DNA of 60,674 nucleotides, counting the filler, from Diploschistes diacapsis (Eukaryota), in assembly GCA_023645945.1 (NCBI GenBank). It is 7 parts of 7 records of this genome, joined end to end, with 100 filler letters (N's around TTAATTAATTAA, not from the genome) between each part and the next. Parts side by side here need not be neighbours in the genome. Positions count along the whole stretch, not along the records: positions 1 to 27,968 come from JALAIB010000156.1; positions 28,069 to 33,435 come from JALAIB010001561.1; positions 33,536 to 38,899 come from JALAIB010001562.1; 4 more parts are not named here. The stretch is one strand, 5' to 3'. The notes under the pieces are model-generated. The model was not told where the DNA came from, ran no database searches, and was given only the letters and a program-made list of their open reading frames with translations. This document shows positions 23,191-35,653 of this stretch, piece by piece. The translations under genes were made by a program, and so were the position numbers. Position 1 is the stretch's first letter. Each line of letters begins with the position of its first letter.

Positions 23191-24892
23191 TCAAACTTTG
23201 GTTAGGCGAACAACTTTTGTGTCCAAATCATGCATCTCTTCTGAAAATTTGCAGTGCGGGCCAAATTTGCAACCTTTCTGGCCGTCTGGCTGATACGGGC
23301 ATCTGGTGCACCAGGTCAGCAAGGTTCGAATCGATTGTAGACCGCCTCACCTGTGTCCGTAAATGCATTTCAAGTCATCGCAATCGGTGCCGAAACGACA
23401 AGGGGTAGAGCGAGCAATCTGCCTAAGAATCCCGAGCTCGTTCTTTGTCGGCTTATACTGGTGATCGTGAGTGCAGCGGTCTCCGTACGAGCAATCTTTG
23501 CGAATGTAGTGCACATTGCACATTTTGATGGATTGCACGCGTTTGTAGTCCGTCATATCGACCTTTATCAAAGGGTCGATGCGCTGCCCATGTTTATTTC
23601 TGGGTACGGTTGGAGGCTGGGGCGTAGGAGGCGGAGATGCAAGCTGTGCTTGCACTGGTGGCGCCGACATCGCTTTGGAAGCCCAAGATGCAGGAGCGGC
23701 GCCTGCTGAATTGCTAGTAGATGATGAGGGCGTGCGAGCGAGACCCTGCGAGTACGGAGATACGTACCCGACTGGGTACTGATCATTTGGCACGTGAGGT
23801 ACAGCATTCGAAGTCTTTGGGGATGGTATAGTCGGCATTGATGATATTTGGACGCCGTATGACTGTGGATGGCTATGGGAATAAAGATCGATCTTAGTCT
23901 TGCGGAACAAGTTCTCGAATTTTGTCTTTGCAAAACTTGAGTTTAGCTGAGCAAACTCTCGTTCGAATGGTACACCTTCGAGCAAATTGATCTTTGCAGC
24001 GTCTTGATCTTGAGCAATGTCTTCCAGGAGACGCGCGTAACCATTATCGTGGGAACATCCAAACAGTATATGACGGCAATGAACGTTGCCCAGGTTCAAT
24101 TGAAGTGATGCTATCACCGTTAGTGGGCACCATCGAAATTAGAGGATGGCTTGAGTCACACCGACTATCTTTTCGTCGGCCCTATCTTTTCCAAAGCCAA
24201 CGTCCACAAAATCAAAAAGCTGCTTGCTGCCAGTAAAACCTCTGGCAAATTCCTCAACCATGGAAGCATCTTCCACAATCCCGGCTTTACGGCAGGTTTG
24301 GCCCAGACCTTTCAAATTCGCATACAGACGGGTCACGATTTTATATTCCGTGCTCATACCCGTCAAGTTATTCCGTATGTGTTCGCGTACTGCAGTCCAC
24401 AGTTGGCTGGCTGCCTCTTTCCCGCCTATTTCGCCTTTTTGAATTAAGGCGTCTTCAAATATCATCCCATCCCCGTCAATTAGCACCAGAACGAAGCTGG
24501 CCCGCTCCTGTTCTTGTCAGGTTCATCCAGATCCGTAACCGAGCGGATCTTACTGTTTGACCCCGATGGTCCTTAATCTCTCCTTGAAGCTTCAGCCTTT
24601 CCCGTTGATAATCTCTGTTGAACTGTGTTTCTCGCTCAAGGTCTAATTTTGCTTGCTGGCATTCGTTGTTCAATGTTTGTAGTTGCGTGAGCATTTGCTT
24701 AATGGATTGTAAGCATTGGAGACTCGGCAAGGGATGATAAGACCAAGTGCTCGCGCTTACTTCAAATAACTTATTTTTGGCCGTCTCCATGCCGGACAGG
24801 CTCTGGTAGGCCTGCCAGTAGCTTTCAAGCTGATCGTCCATTGCTGGAGAAGCAGGAAAGAGATCTTGAGGTAGGTTGTGTGTTACTGCCAT
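23191..24892 (-). CDS. CCCH zinc-finger protein with a central NYN/PIN-like domain (multi-exon)
   Basis: Motifs LIDGDGMIF, FARGFTGSKQLFDFVDVGFGKDRADEKI and HILFGCSHDNGYARLL. Zinc fingers CNVHYIRKDCSYGDRCTHDH and CRFGTDCDDLKCIYGH. Last exon ends at TGA 23191-23193. Confidence 0.85.
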
Positions 24893-25190
24893 TGGAGATC
24901 CGGAAAATATTTGTAGCTTTGAAAAAGCGCACAGGTATATGTTTTGGAATAGGATACGTGATTCAACTTCAATCTGGATCAGCTATTGTTGACTGCTGTT
25001 TGCGCTGGTAGGTTTGTGATTTAGGATTCACCCAAAGGTGTTTAAAACTATTAAAAGGCTTGGCGACTTCCGTACCAGTTCCTGAGGATAATAACGTTTT
25101 TATAGAGGGAGAGAAGTCGATGATTTCCACTTAATAGGTAACGAGAGGGAGAGCAAATCGACTATGTATAGTATTATATGTGTTATGTTT

Positions 25191-25290
25191 CTAATTATTT
25201 TTAATTATTTTTAATTATTTTTAATCGTTTTTAATTATTTTTAATCGTTTTTAATCGTTTTTAATCGTTTTTAATTACATTTAATTATAC
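25191..25290. repeat. AT-rich 10-bp tandem repeat (TTAATTATTT / TTAATCGTTT, ~10 units)
   Basis: Read directly; lies in the divergent intergenic region between the CCCH gene and the oxidoreductase. Confidence 0.9.
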
Positions 25291-25707
25291 TTATTTTTGT
25301 TTAATTATATAATTTCAACACCATATGCAATCGAATCTCATCTTAACTAGATCGGTATATCTAGATACTATTATGATAAGGAAGTTGCTCTATCTGATAT
25401 TCATGGTGTGAAGTCCTTTTTCAGTACGCATACATTAGCTTGCCTTTTGAAGGCCGAGGACTTGAAAGCTCCCTAAAGGAATTGACAGACATACAATCAA
25501 TTTGATGGTGTACCCCTCCATATGCCCCGCTACAAGCCAATCTAGAGGAGAGACGGGAATGGCGCCTAAATAGCACGTAAGCGAGGATTGTGGATTAACT
25601 TATGTAGGAGAGAGGTCCGTGACGTAGATGAAGAACTTAAATAAGAACTAAAATGAATCAAAGTATTCTTTTAGAATATTATTCCATGGGAAAGCAAAGT
25701 TATTACA

Positions 25708-27062
25708 ATGTCTTTCGGTATAGGCATCATCGGCGGTGGCATATTCGCCAGAGAAGAGCATCTCGTCCGTCCTCCTCCCATCCTCGTCGCAAGCGGCTGA
25801 AAATCATATCAGCCCGCAGTTGAAGCCTCCCGGCACCTAACACTCAAGGCCGTCTACTCGCGATCGCTGAAGTCCGCGCAAAGCCTGCAGACGGACTCGT
25901 CAAAGGTCGATCTCTACTCGGACGACTCCGGGGATGGGAAGGGATACAAGGACCTGCTTGCGCGCGACGACATCCACGGCGTTATCATAGCGTATGGCCA
26001 GTCCATCCCCAACTCCGCCCCCCCATCAAGCAGCAACGAGAGCTGTATGTAGTAACCTGCCCATGTATCTAGCCTTCCAATCCTCAACCAACCAGAATAC
26101 ATCAAGCAAGCCCTATCCGTCGGCAAGCACGTCCTCTCCGAGAAGCCCGTCGCTGAAAACACCGCGGATGCCGCCGATCTCATAAAATGGTACCATGCCC
26201 ATATCGACACCTCAAAGACAACCTGGGGTATCGCCGAGAACTTCCGCTATCTCAACAGCTTCGACCACGCTAGCTCCATCGCTGCGAAGCTCGGCCGGCT
26301 CCTCAGCTTCCGGGTGCGCAAGGCGACGATGCTCAAGGGCGGCAAATACTACGGTTAGCCATCCCTGCCGTTCTACCCCGCTCCCTCCCACGTTCGGCAC
26401 TAGAATCCCAGAACTCACGTAAAGGCACAGAGACTGAATGGCGTAAAACGCCGTCGCACCAAGGCGGCTTTGTGCTGGACGCGGGCGTGCACTTCGTCGC
26501 CGGGCTGCGGCAAATGCTCGGCTCCGCCGACCGCATGGCCAGCGTGGCGGCGTTTACTACGCAGAATCTGCCACACCTGCCACCGCTAGACACTGTCGAC
26601 GGGTGCCTGAAAACCAAGTCCGGCGGCACCGGCGTGCTATCTATTTCTTTCGGGACCACGCTGAGCGGTAGCGAGTACGAATTCGGCTACGAGGGCGGCA
26701 GCGTCAGCGTGGTGCCCGGCCTGGTGCAGAAGATCGCTCATGGGGAAACGGCGAATAAAAGTGGTGGTACTGTGACGACCGTTATTGAGGGCAAGGAGGA
26801 AAAGGAAGAGGTTGAGGATGAAGGGACGGGCGTGGAGCCGGAGATCAGGGCGTGGGGGGAGGCGTTGGCGGAGGGGAAGCCCAATGCGAGGCAGAGCCCT
26901 GAGGAGGCGCTGGCTGATTTGGAGATTGTAAGTCTTCCTTACCTTGCATTGCAGCCGAGACAAAAGTGGTTTGTTGCTGATGAGCCATAGCTGGAGAATA
27001 TGTTCAAAAGCGGTGCGGCGGGCGGTGCGCCTCAGCAGTGTAAGTTCCAGACTTGGCAATAG
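25708..27062 (+). CDS. Gfo/Idh/MocA-family NAD(P)-dependent oxidoreductase (multi-exon)
   Basis: Rossmann start MSFGIGIIGGGIFAREEHL, then GKHVLSEKPVAEN, WGIAENFRY and GGFVLDAGVH. GT-AG introns; stop TAG at 27060-27062. Confidence 0.9.
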
Positions 27063-27435
27063 AAAGACGACTGCACTGTTGTACCACCACCACCACCGCC
27101 ACCAGCAGGACTCGAACCTGTTATTGTACTTAACCAAAAACATGCATGTTGTTGAAAGCCTGGAAGCGTGTGGAGCGCTGATATCTTGGCATCAAAAACT
27201 GCCCTCTGCCCTCTGCCCTCTGCCCTCTGCCCGGTCCCATCAGCATGATGATAGCAAGTAGATAAAAGAAAAATCCCACGAAGCACTCCCAAGTTCCCAA
27301 ACCCCCCTCTGCACCGCCATATTGATCTTAGCAACAACCATGTATGTACCTACCTAGAGCACCCCGAAGCATCGCGACACGAAAATGCGAGAGTCGCTTT
27401 CAGCCAGCACGCCTCTACATTCCACATTCCACACT

Positions 27436-27436
<1 letters not shown>

Positions 27437-27468
<32 letters not shown>
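27437..27468. repeat. (CA)n microsatellite in a low-complexity contig end that also has CTGCCCT, GCCGC, AGCTCCC and CAG/CAA repeats
   Basis: Read directly. Confidence 0.9.
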
Positions 27469-27474
<6 letters not shown>

Positions 27475-27968
27475 CACATTTCCACTCCCCATTTCATCCC
27501 CTTAGTCCACCCAACATGCCCCAGCTCCGCGCCGCGCCGCGCCGCGCCGCCGCGCCTCTACGTGCGGAACACGTCCCCCATCACACAACCAGCACACAGT
27601 AGCTCCCCAGCTCCCCAGCTCCCCAGCTCCCAGCTCCCAACCCCAGCGTATCCACGCGTCTTGTCTGCAGCCCCTCCAGCACCCATGAGCCGCCGAACCC
27701 CCGCGATCCGCCCACGGCAGCAACAACAACAACAGCAACAGCAGCAGCAGCAGCGACGACGACGTCCCCCAACCCAATCCGAACGGGGGAAAGCGCGGGG
27801 CGCCACATGCGAGGGCCGAAGGGCCGAAGGCCGAGGTCGAGGACGAGGACGAGAGCGAAAGCGAAAGCGAGAGGTATTGTTTTTGCACAGCAAGGGCGCG
27901 GCTGTGTGCCCCGAGATCCGGGGATGGGGGGGATGTTGGTAAGCCGACTCGGCGGGCGGGAAAGAAAG

Positions 27969-28068
27969 NNNNNNNNNNNNNNNNNNNNNNNNNNNNNNNN
28001 NNNNNNNNNNNNTTAATTAATTAANNNNNNNNNNNNNNNNNNNNNNNNNNNNNNNNNNNNNNNNNNNN
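27969..28068. other. Artificial contig linker N44-TTAATTAATTAA-N44
   Basis: Identical 100-bp structure occurs six times and has stops in all six frames. Confidence 0.98.
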
Positions 28069-31000
28069 GTTTTTAATTATATTATAATTAAATTTGCGGT
28101 AGGTTCTGTAAGGTTTATTATAGGTGCTAACGAGCTCGTAAACGGCGTAAATATCGTTATACCCGGTCCGAATTCCTAAGTTTTAGACGAACCTGTTTCG
28201 AAAGCTAAAGCAACTGTTAGATCTAGATCGAACTTTAAAGATCCCGAATTCGTAATCAAATTGTATCCTACAGATCCGATTAGAAACCCTTTCCAGAGCT
28301 TCTTCGCCCAGGCTTCTCTTTTCGGCGGCAAAGCTGCAAGATATCCGGTCTTGCTCCAGCCAAAGTGGGTGTGGTAGGCTCCATCTGTTTCGTAATCTCG
28401 CAGAAAGCCTAAATACAAGTTCTTAAACACAATGATATCTATATCGCTATCATTTTGCACTAAAATGACCCCAATTTCGTGATCGACGATGTAGGCGAAG
28501 GTTATGAAATTCTACTATTAGATCGGTTCAAAAAGGAAGTCTCTATCGTCAGGTAACTTAAACCTCTTTCGTTTCGGTCTATAAATAATAACATTCGTAA
28601 TCGTTTTAATAGGTATTCTGGTTCTATTTTTACTATAAATCTTCGTAAAAACCCTATTGCTATCTATTATAACACAGATCTCTATCTTTACTTTCTTATA
28701 AGCCTCGATAATAGCAAATCCATTCGAAAAATCTATAATAAAATCTTTAGGTTTCAAGATGTCGATCCCGATAAGCGTATTCGCTCGCAAGTCGTCGACG
28801 ACGTAGAATTCGCGTTGAATAATAATTAAATTTTTTTTCGTTAAGATCGATAAAAATAGCTCTATAACAATGTATTCGCTTACGTTATGTTTAATTTTTC
28901 CTACCTTTGTCATTGTTATCGGCGAGGGTATTTCGTGAACCTTAATTTTACCGTCCCCGAAAACCTGTAGGAACTTACGGTCTATTAAGGATATTATACA
29001 TCCAGAATCAACGCAAACCTTATATTCCGGACTAATTAACGAGAACTTAATAACACAAATAACATATCTAAAGCTTTTAAATCTAAAACCTAATATTTAT
29101 AGTTTTATGGCCGTAAATCTGATCAACTTCGGTACTAAGATCTATTCAACGTCTATTATAGAATCCCGAATCGCACCCTTTGTAGCAACTCTTAACCATG
29201 CTTCCGTAATCGTCAAAATCGGTGGAGATAATTCTTTCAGCTTCGTATCTAGATCCGGATCCCTTAGGCCAACTTTTGATAATATGGCCCCGGATTTCGA
29301 AACAACTTGATAATTTTTGCTTTTTAGATGCTTATGCAGCTTATTGTTCGAGGCAAAATATGCATCGTAATTCAAATAAATAACTTCTTTAATCGACAAG
29401 TTCGATATAATTATCCATAAAACATTCGTATTGCTTACTTTATTTAAATCTCGGTTCTTCTTTAACGTTTAAGGGTCGTTTAAGGCGGTCAATTCTTCTC
29501 CCTACTACTGCCAGTATACATCTTAATAGAAGTCGTTTTCAAAAACGTCGTAGTCCTCGTAGTCGTCGTAAGTACGATTTTCGTCTTCGGTATCGTATTC
29601 TATAGAATTACTAATATTATATATAATTACCGGCTCTCTCTTCACTTCTCCCTATTAGTTCTTACGCCCAGGCATAGGCCCTAAAACGTTTGCAGTAGTA
29701 ATTTATAATTACTATCTTTCGCCGAATAATTGTCTTATGGATACCTAAAGGTTTTACTATTATTCGGAGTGAAGCTGTCGCTAATTAACTTATCTATAAT
29801 TATTAAAACCACGTCTATAACCACCCGACGAAGGAAATTAAGGATTATAAGAAGATTGAAAATTATATAGAGATTAAGATTAACGATAGAAAGATTAGAA
29901 AGGAAAATTGGTTTAAAAACTCTACTAAGAACCTGATTAAAACCTGGGTAGAACATTTGAAGAGAAATAGGGTCTCCTCGAGGGAAGACCTTGCCTGTAG
30001 TTCTGAATCCTAGGCGAAAATGGTAGATAATTTGGAAATTCGCTCATGTACTGACCTCTACCTCGCTGTGGAGCCTGACGTCGAAGCTGTTGCTGATTCT
30101 GGCTGTCATCTCGCTTGCGATCGTCTCGCTTATAAAGCTCTGTCCAAAGCGATTTATGAGCTCTAACATTGTCGACAAATGCTTCCCACGTGGTGTTCTG
30201 GTCTGGGGGTGCTAGGTTTTGTCGTAGCCTCGCATCGATCTGCTCATACGCCATAAAAACCTGACTTGCATCCGCAGGCACGATTATAGACTACTGAGCC
30301 TTAACCCTAAAGTCACCAAACCAACGCATGACATCCTTGCCATAACGTATGTCCGCCGCAGAAAGAAACATTTCTTTCAACTATTTATAGGCCAAGCTCG
30401 GGAACATCTTGAAACGTGTTTTTAATATAATGCACCATATCCCTATATTATTTTACAGGTTTAGACGAGATAATTCGTTAAGCTCATTAATATACCATTA
30501 ATTCGCTTCTTTCAACAAGTAGTAGTACAGATTTTTCGTTATATTAGTACCATCTCCAACCTATTCTTCGACTCGGACCCTAATAATGAAAACGAAGACA
30601 TCGTGAAATCGATTATGAAACTCTTTTACCTCTATAACTGGCTATATGTCGTCGGGATCGAAATAGCCGATGAACTTAAAATTAAACCTATTCCTTGAAC
30701 CGAGAACAGCTTCACTAGGTTCTCTAACTGGTCTTACAGGTCCTAATGGATCTTGAGGACCTAAAGTCGGGTTCTGTTACAATTCAGCCATCAAACTCTT
30801 CAGTTAATTCAACTAAGTAGGTATAAACTCCATATTCTTAAAAAAAGGTGCTAAAAGGAGTTATAGCGGTCGTAATTTTAAAAACGGTTGGATCTTATTT
30901 CTTTTTAATAGGGAAAACCCTGATCCACGATTCGTAAACCGATTGAAACCCGGCTAAGATTCTGATATTAACTTAGAAGCTCGTACCTCTTAAAGAGGAA

Positions 31001-32218
31001 ACGGGCTAACTGATAAAAATAAACTTTCAGACGATCTTAAAACAGATTGCTTAGCTTTAGCTTGTATTAAAGATGATTATTTAGATCATACCGAAAACGG
31101 TTTAGCAACTGAGGATGGTTTAATAACCGAAACTGTTTACTCGGTTCGTGTTAATGGTTATTATTCAGATCTTAATTTCAAAATAATCAAAGGAAATGGA
31201 TCGACTTGTTTAATGTCTGGTAGCCCGGTCGGAGAATTATTTACTTAAATATGAGGTAGATTTGCTTGTATTTTCTGCAAATTCTCCTCTAAAACCTGTA
31301 AGCTTTCTTCTATCTTCACCTACTTCTGTTTATCCTTCTTCCTAGCCGACTTCGGCAAAAATGATGAAGGTGATAAATCTTCAAAGCTCTTAGAGCGTTG
31401 GAACAACGATTGAACTACAGTTCTGAACTCCTTAATAGCCTGTCGGAGCTTTGGCAGCTTAATAGCCCATTTAGATGGATATGGGTTTAGTTATTAACTG
31501 GAAAATGGGTCGGTAGCGAGAAAGTCTAAGCTGGTGTGTCTCGAACGGAATGATGCTGCTAATAGTTCTGTATGCTGGTGATAGGCCCTATTAAGGTAAG
31601 AAATCACCGCTAATTTTTTCTATATATTCTTCACCTAATCTATCAGGTGTCTGACCGGTCCGAGTTCTGTTTTTTAATGATAGCCAGCTCTATCGAAGTA
31701 ATCGAGCTGATAAGCTTTAAAGATGTCGTACTGGTTAATTATCGGAGCTGTTATATGTCCGAGCTTAAATCTAGCTTCAAAAGCGATATAGAAGGACAAA
31801 ATCTGCTATATAAAAGATATAGCTCAAAACGAAGCAAACAGGTGTTCAAACAGTAACTAATTTACGATCTTAAAGGTAAAGCAAAAGGATGTTTCAATGG
31901 TAGCCAAAAGCTCTGGTTATGGCAAAAAAACCACGAAAAAAAGGCTTGGTGGGAGGCTGGTAAGTGCTAGTAGGTCAAATCTCACTGCAAAAGCATCAAA
32001 AGCTTCTGCTCAAAAAGACAACTACAAGCAATCTGATGCTCAACCCGGGACAAATGGATCGACAACTAATCGTTACTACCAATGTAACAAGGACAAGGCT
32101 GGTAAAATGGATTGTATTGATAGAAGAGGATGGGCCCCTCCAAAAGACTATGGCCTCTTGGCCCAAGCAACGCCAAGCCTATCTAATCCTATCAGGACCA
32201 CATGCCGGTCCCGTTACA
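28069..32218 (-). mobile_element. RIP-degraded Ty3/Gypsy-like LTR retrotransposon, 5' part (LTR, PBS, gag, zinc finger, aspartic protease), truncated at the contig end
   Basis: Minus strand: gag-like segment AYEQIDARLRQNLAPPDQNTTWEAF (29937-30281), decayed C2H2 YLNYDAYFASNNKLHKHL, protease KVCVDSGC...LIDRKF (~29010) and VVDDLRANTLIGIDIL. TpA-rich with many stops. RT and integrase are not seen, so the superfamily is inferred. Confidence 0.78.
32083..32218 (-). repeat. Putative 5' LTR (136 bp) with adjacent primer-binding site at 32071-32081
   Basis: Bounded by TGTAAC...GTTACA inverted termini. On the minus strand it is followed after 1 nt by TGGTAGTAACG, a TGG-starting PBS-like sequence. Confidence 0.65.
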
Positions 32219-33435
32219 CAGCATGATTTTTCAATTCTTTTTAAAGTAAACGCATGATTCCTGTCTAAAAGGTCTTTTTTAAAATAATCTTGATTTCCGT
32301 CCCTTTAACAATCTTAAGAGCCCATTCTCTTAATAGATCAGTGGTTGCTTTTTCTAAGATCCTTAACTTTCGAACGATAGAAACGCGGGAACGATTTATT
32401 AAAATCCTTCCCGATATATTTCTACTAGATGGAACTATTTATACTTCTCGGCCTACCTTTTTAGGTTCCTCGGCATCTTTTATGATAGTTTTTTATATAT
32501 CCGGCTCTCGTTTTTCCGTATTATCAGATATAACAGGCTGTAGAATGATAGCAGTAAACCTTATATACCTTCCTTTTCTAACGTTCTTGTTCTATAAAAG
32601 TCGTTGTTCTTCGATCGTTTTTTCCTTTAGGACCCGGCGACGCTCGTTAAATTTCGGATTTAAAAAGTTTCTTCGTTTAGATGCATCTTTCTGCTGTTTA
32701 ATAGGGCGTTTTTTAATTATCGTATTAATCTTATATATATTCTAATAATTGACCTCGTATGATTAAATAGAAAAACGTTCCATTATCTTTTCGTCATTCT
32801 TTTCTTCCTCGAAATCTTTAGACCTAAATCCCGTATTAATTACATTATAGGCTAACATTTGGTATAAAAACCTAGTCTAGATCTGTTATGGAAGACGAGG
32901 GTTCGAAAGAGCTTTATTTTATAAATCTTTTTTTAGTTATTAACCTAGGATATAAACTTTTTAATCATCGTGCCCTGCTTATAGAAATTGGTCTATTATA
33001 TTTAAGGGTGGTTATTAAGACCGACGAAGATCTTGTTCTCTCATATGTAGATGTTTCTATTCTAGAAAAGCGGCTGTAACAATGGACAGCGTACCCTATA
33101 ATAACCATCTTTTTAGCAGAAGTAACAGGTTGTAGGGCCTCGATTAAACATAACATCCTAGGATTGTTTATTCTGATTAGGTTAAGTTGGAAAAGGACGA
33201 GTTACTTAAAACTGATAAAGCCTAATAGGTACTAAATAAGGCGCGTTAAGAACAAAAGGCCGATACGGACCGTTAATAACGGGCGTATAATTAATTTACG
33301 CGTTTAGAACCATATTTCCAAAATCTCTTATCATTCCTTCCCTTTTTTTTTTAAATATGTACTTATTTTTCTTTATAAACTTATTTATAAAATTTTTAAA
33401 AAAGTTCTTTAAATTACTTATAAGCTCTATATTAT
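32219..33435. repeat. AT-rich, RIP-like decayed sequence flanking the LTR; unidentified repeat relic
   Basis: TpA-rich with stop-riddled frames; no recognisable domain. Confidence 0.5.
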
Positions 33436-33535
33436 NNNNNNNNNNNNNNNNNNNNNNNNNNNNNNNNNNNNNNNNNNNNTTAATTAATTAANNNNNNNNN
33501 NNNNNNNNNNNNNNNNNNNNNNNNNNNNNNNNNNN
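33436..33535. other. Artificial contig linker
   Basis: N44-TTAATTAATTAA-N44. Confidence 0.98.
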
Positions 33536-33925
33536 GGTGGGGAGTGGGGGAGGTGGGGAGAAGGAGGTGAAGAAGGGAGAGAAGGCGGTGGAAGAAGAGG
33601 AGGAGGAGGAGAAGAAAGGCCGAGAAGGAGCCGGCATAAAAGGATAAATGAGACTTTATTTCGCCGATGCTGGCAAGGGTTTGTCGGCTTATCTGGCGCT
33701 CGAAAGGCGCAAGCCTCGAGGTGGAAAAGGTAGTGAAATAAGCGCTAGAAAGCAGAAGCCTCCCAAGAAGCAGTCAGAAGCTCCAAAGGAAGCATATGAG
33801 AATGTACAGTATTCAACAGAGGAAGACTCAACGAGCACCCCGTGATAAACGCGAGCAAGCACATACAAGTCATGAGTAGGACTCTTAGAAATTTTCATTT
33901 TCACTTTTATTTCAATTCTCTCCGC

Positions 33926-34770
33926 TCAAAAGAACCGCCACCATATAAATACAAGAATAATAAAACCTACCCCCGCAAACGGCCCATACTGCTTCAGCAG
34001 CAGCTCCCAATTAATCCTCACCGCCGCACGCTTGTACTTCCTACTGTCCTCCCTCAACCTCATGCTCATATCACCCATCCTCTCCAGACTATCCCCTCTG
34101 TACAGCAGATCCTCGATATTCTTCGTCATGACCTTGGTCACGTCACGGAGCTCGTCGTTGAGCTTATCTAGATTTGCGGAGGCACGCGAGTCCTGATACG
34201 TTTTCTTCGTGCGCTGGATAAAAGTGTCAAACTCCATGAAGGCGTAAGGCCGGCAGAGCGGCGACAGGAGCTGGGGGAGGGGGTAGGTGGTTGTGAATTC
34301 CGTAGCGATATCGGAGAGGTAGGTGAAGGCGAGCTTGCGCGGGTATGAGGCGTCGCAGATGGCGAGGAAGCAGATTGTTTCTTGGACTAAGTAGCTGATG
34401 GCGTTTTAGCGGGGGCCCCGTTGGGTCAAGTATGCGATATAGTGAGACGAGTAAGGGTGGGATGGAGAGGGGAAGGGGGATCATACTGTATTGTGTGTTT
34501 GCCGCATTCTATCGTTGCTTGGGGTTCAGAGTTCTTGTTGAGCCTCTTGATGATCATCTTGGCTTTGGACTTGGGGTCTGAGAGCTCCGCATCTGACTAG
34601 GCTTGTCAGAGAAGGTGGATTGGTAGATCGAGGGGGTTGAGGGGGCGTACAGATTCATCGTCGACTGAGGCTGAGAGCATGAGTCCTGGGGAAGATTAGC
34701 TATGCGCAGGAAGAGCCATGGACTAGAATGTACCATCTGTCGTCCGAGCAATGAGGGTTGATTTAACCAT
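33926..34770 (-). CDS. SEC22: R-SNARE Sec22 (longin + SNARE + TM), multi-exon
   Basis: Spliced start MVKSTLIARTTDGLMLSASVDDE, then YPRKLAFTYL, RPYAFMEFDTFIQ and VMTKNIEDLLYRGDSLE, with a C-terminal TM. Confidence 0.95.
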
Positions 34771-35653
34771 AGCTGGAGGAATGTAAATGGCAGATTAACA
34801 GGGCGTAGGGCGGCTGCCGAGGATATTAGGGGTAAAGAGAGCGCAGCTCCAATTTCCCTACAGCATCGGCTTGTGTAGTGAATGGATTGCCAGGATGGTT
34901 CTCGGATGTAGAACTTCAACTAGTACTGCACTGCCACGAGCTTTGAAAGTGGTGACAGTATGAATCTCTTCTCAAATGACAAATGAAGAGCTCGCGCAAG
35001 CAATTTTCTCGGCGCGCTCTTGGCGCGCTGTCAAAGTGATACTAGCGTGCCAAGATCACACCATACCGCTTTTACCATGCATCCACGTGATTTGGTTTTT
35101 ACCATCCACAGCCCTCGACCACGTGATTTGAAATATACGTCATTATACCTAATCACGGCGCTCGGACCATCTTTTGGCCGGTTGATGATACAAAATGTAT
35201 GGTATCGTGAACCTTAAGGAAATCAAGTATTGAAAGTCATAGGTTGTCTGCATCATTCGCTAAAGCTAAGGAATTCATTGAAACCAATCCAGTCGATGAC
35301 GGAGAAGAAGATAACTTAGACCTTGATAATCATCTAAGAGCTGGTTATTTAGACCGTGGTAAGCTTGCTCCATTCTATCTATCACTTCTCGTTATCTATT
35401 ATCCGACTTGCAAGTCCTCCTTTATTCTTTTTCAAAGGGAATTTTGCATTGTATGTCATATATGAGCCAGCATAGCGTAGTTCCTATGAGGATACAACAT
35501 GGGGAAGCTATTGTTACTGAATCTTTGCAGAAGAGACTGAGGCGACCGTACCGATCGTACCCACATTTGGGCCAAACAGAGGACTCCCTCGTCTTGTAGA
35601 GGAAGCTTCCTCGAATCTCCCGGACTGGATCCCGCCATCGACCACAGACCCCT

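Noticed and set aside
27385..27942. 185-aa poly-Gln/His ORF and antisense poly-Cys/poly-Leu ORFs
   Set aside because: They are generated by simple repeats at a contig end.
28013..28024. Recurring TTAATTAATTAA palindrome as a biological repeat or CRISPR-like array
   Set aside because: It is always centred in 88 Ns at contig joins, so it is a synthetic six-frame stop linker.
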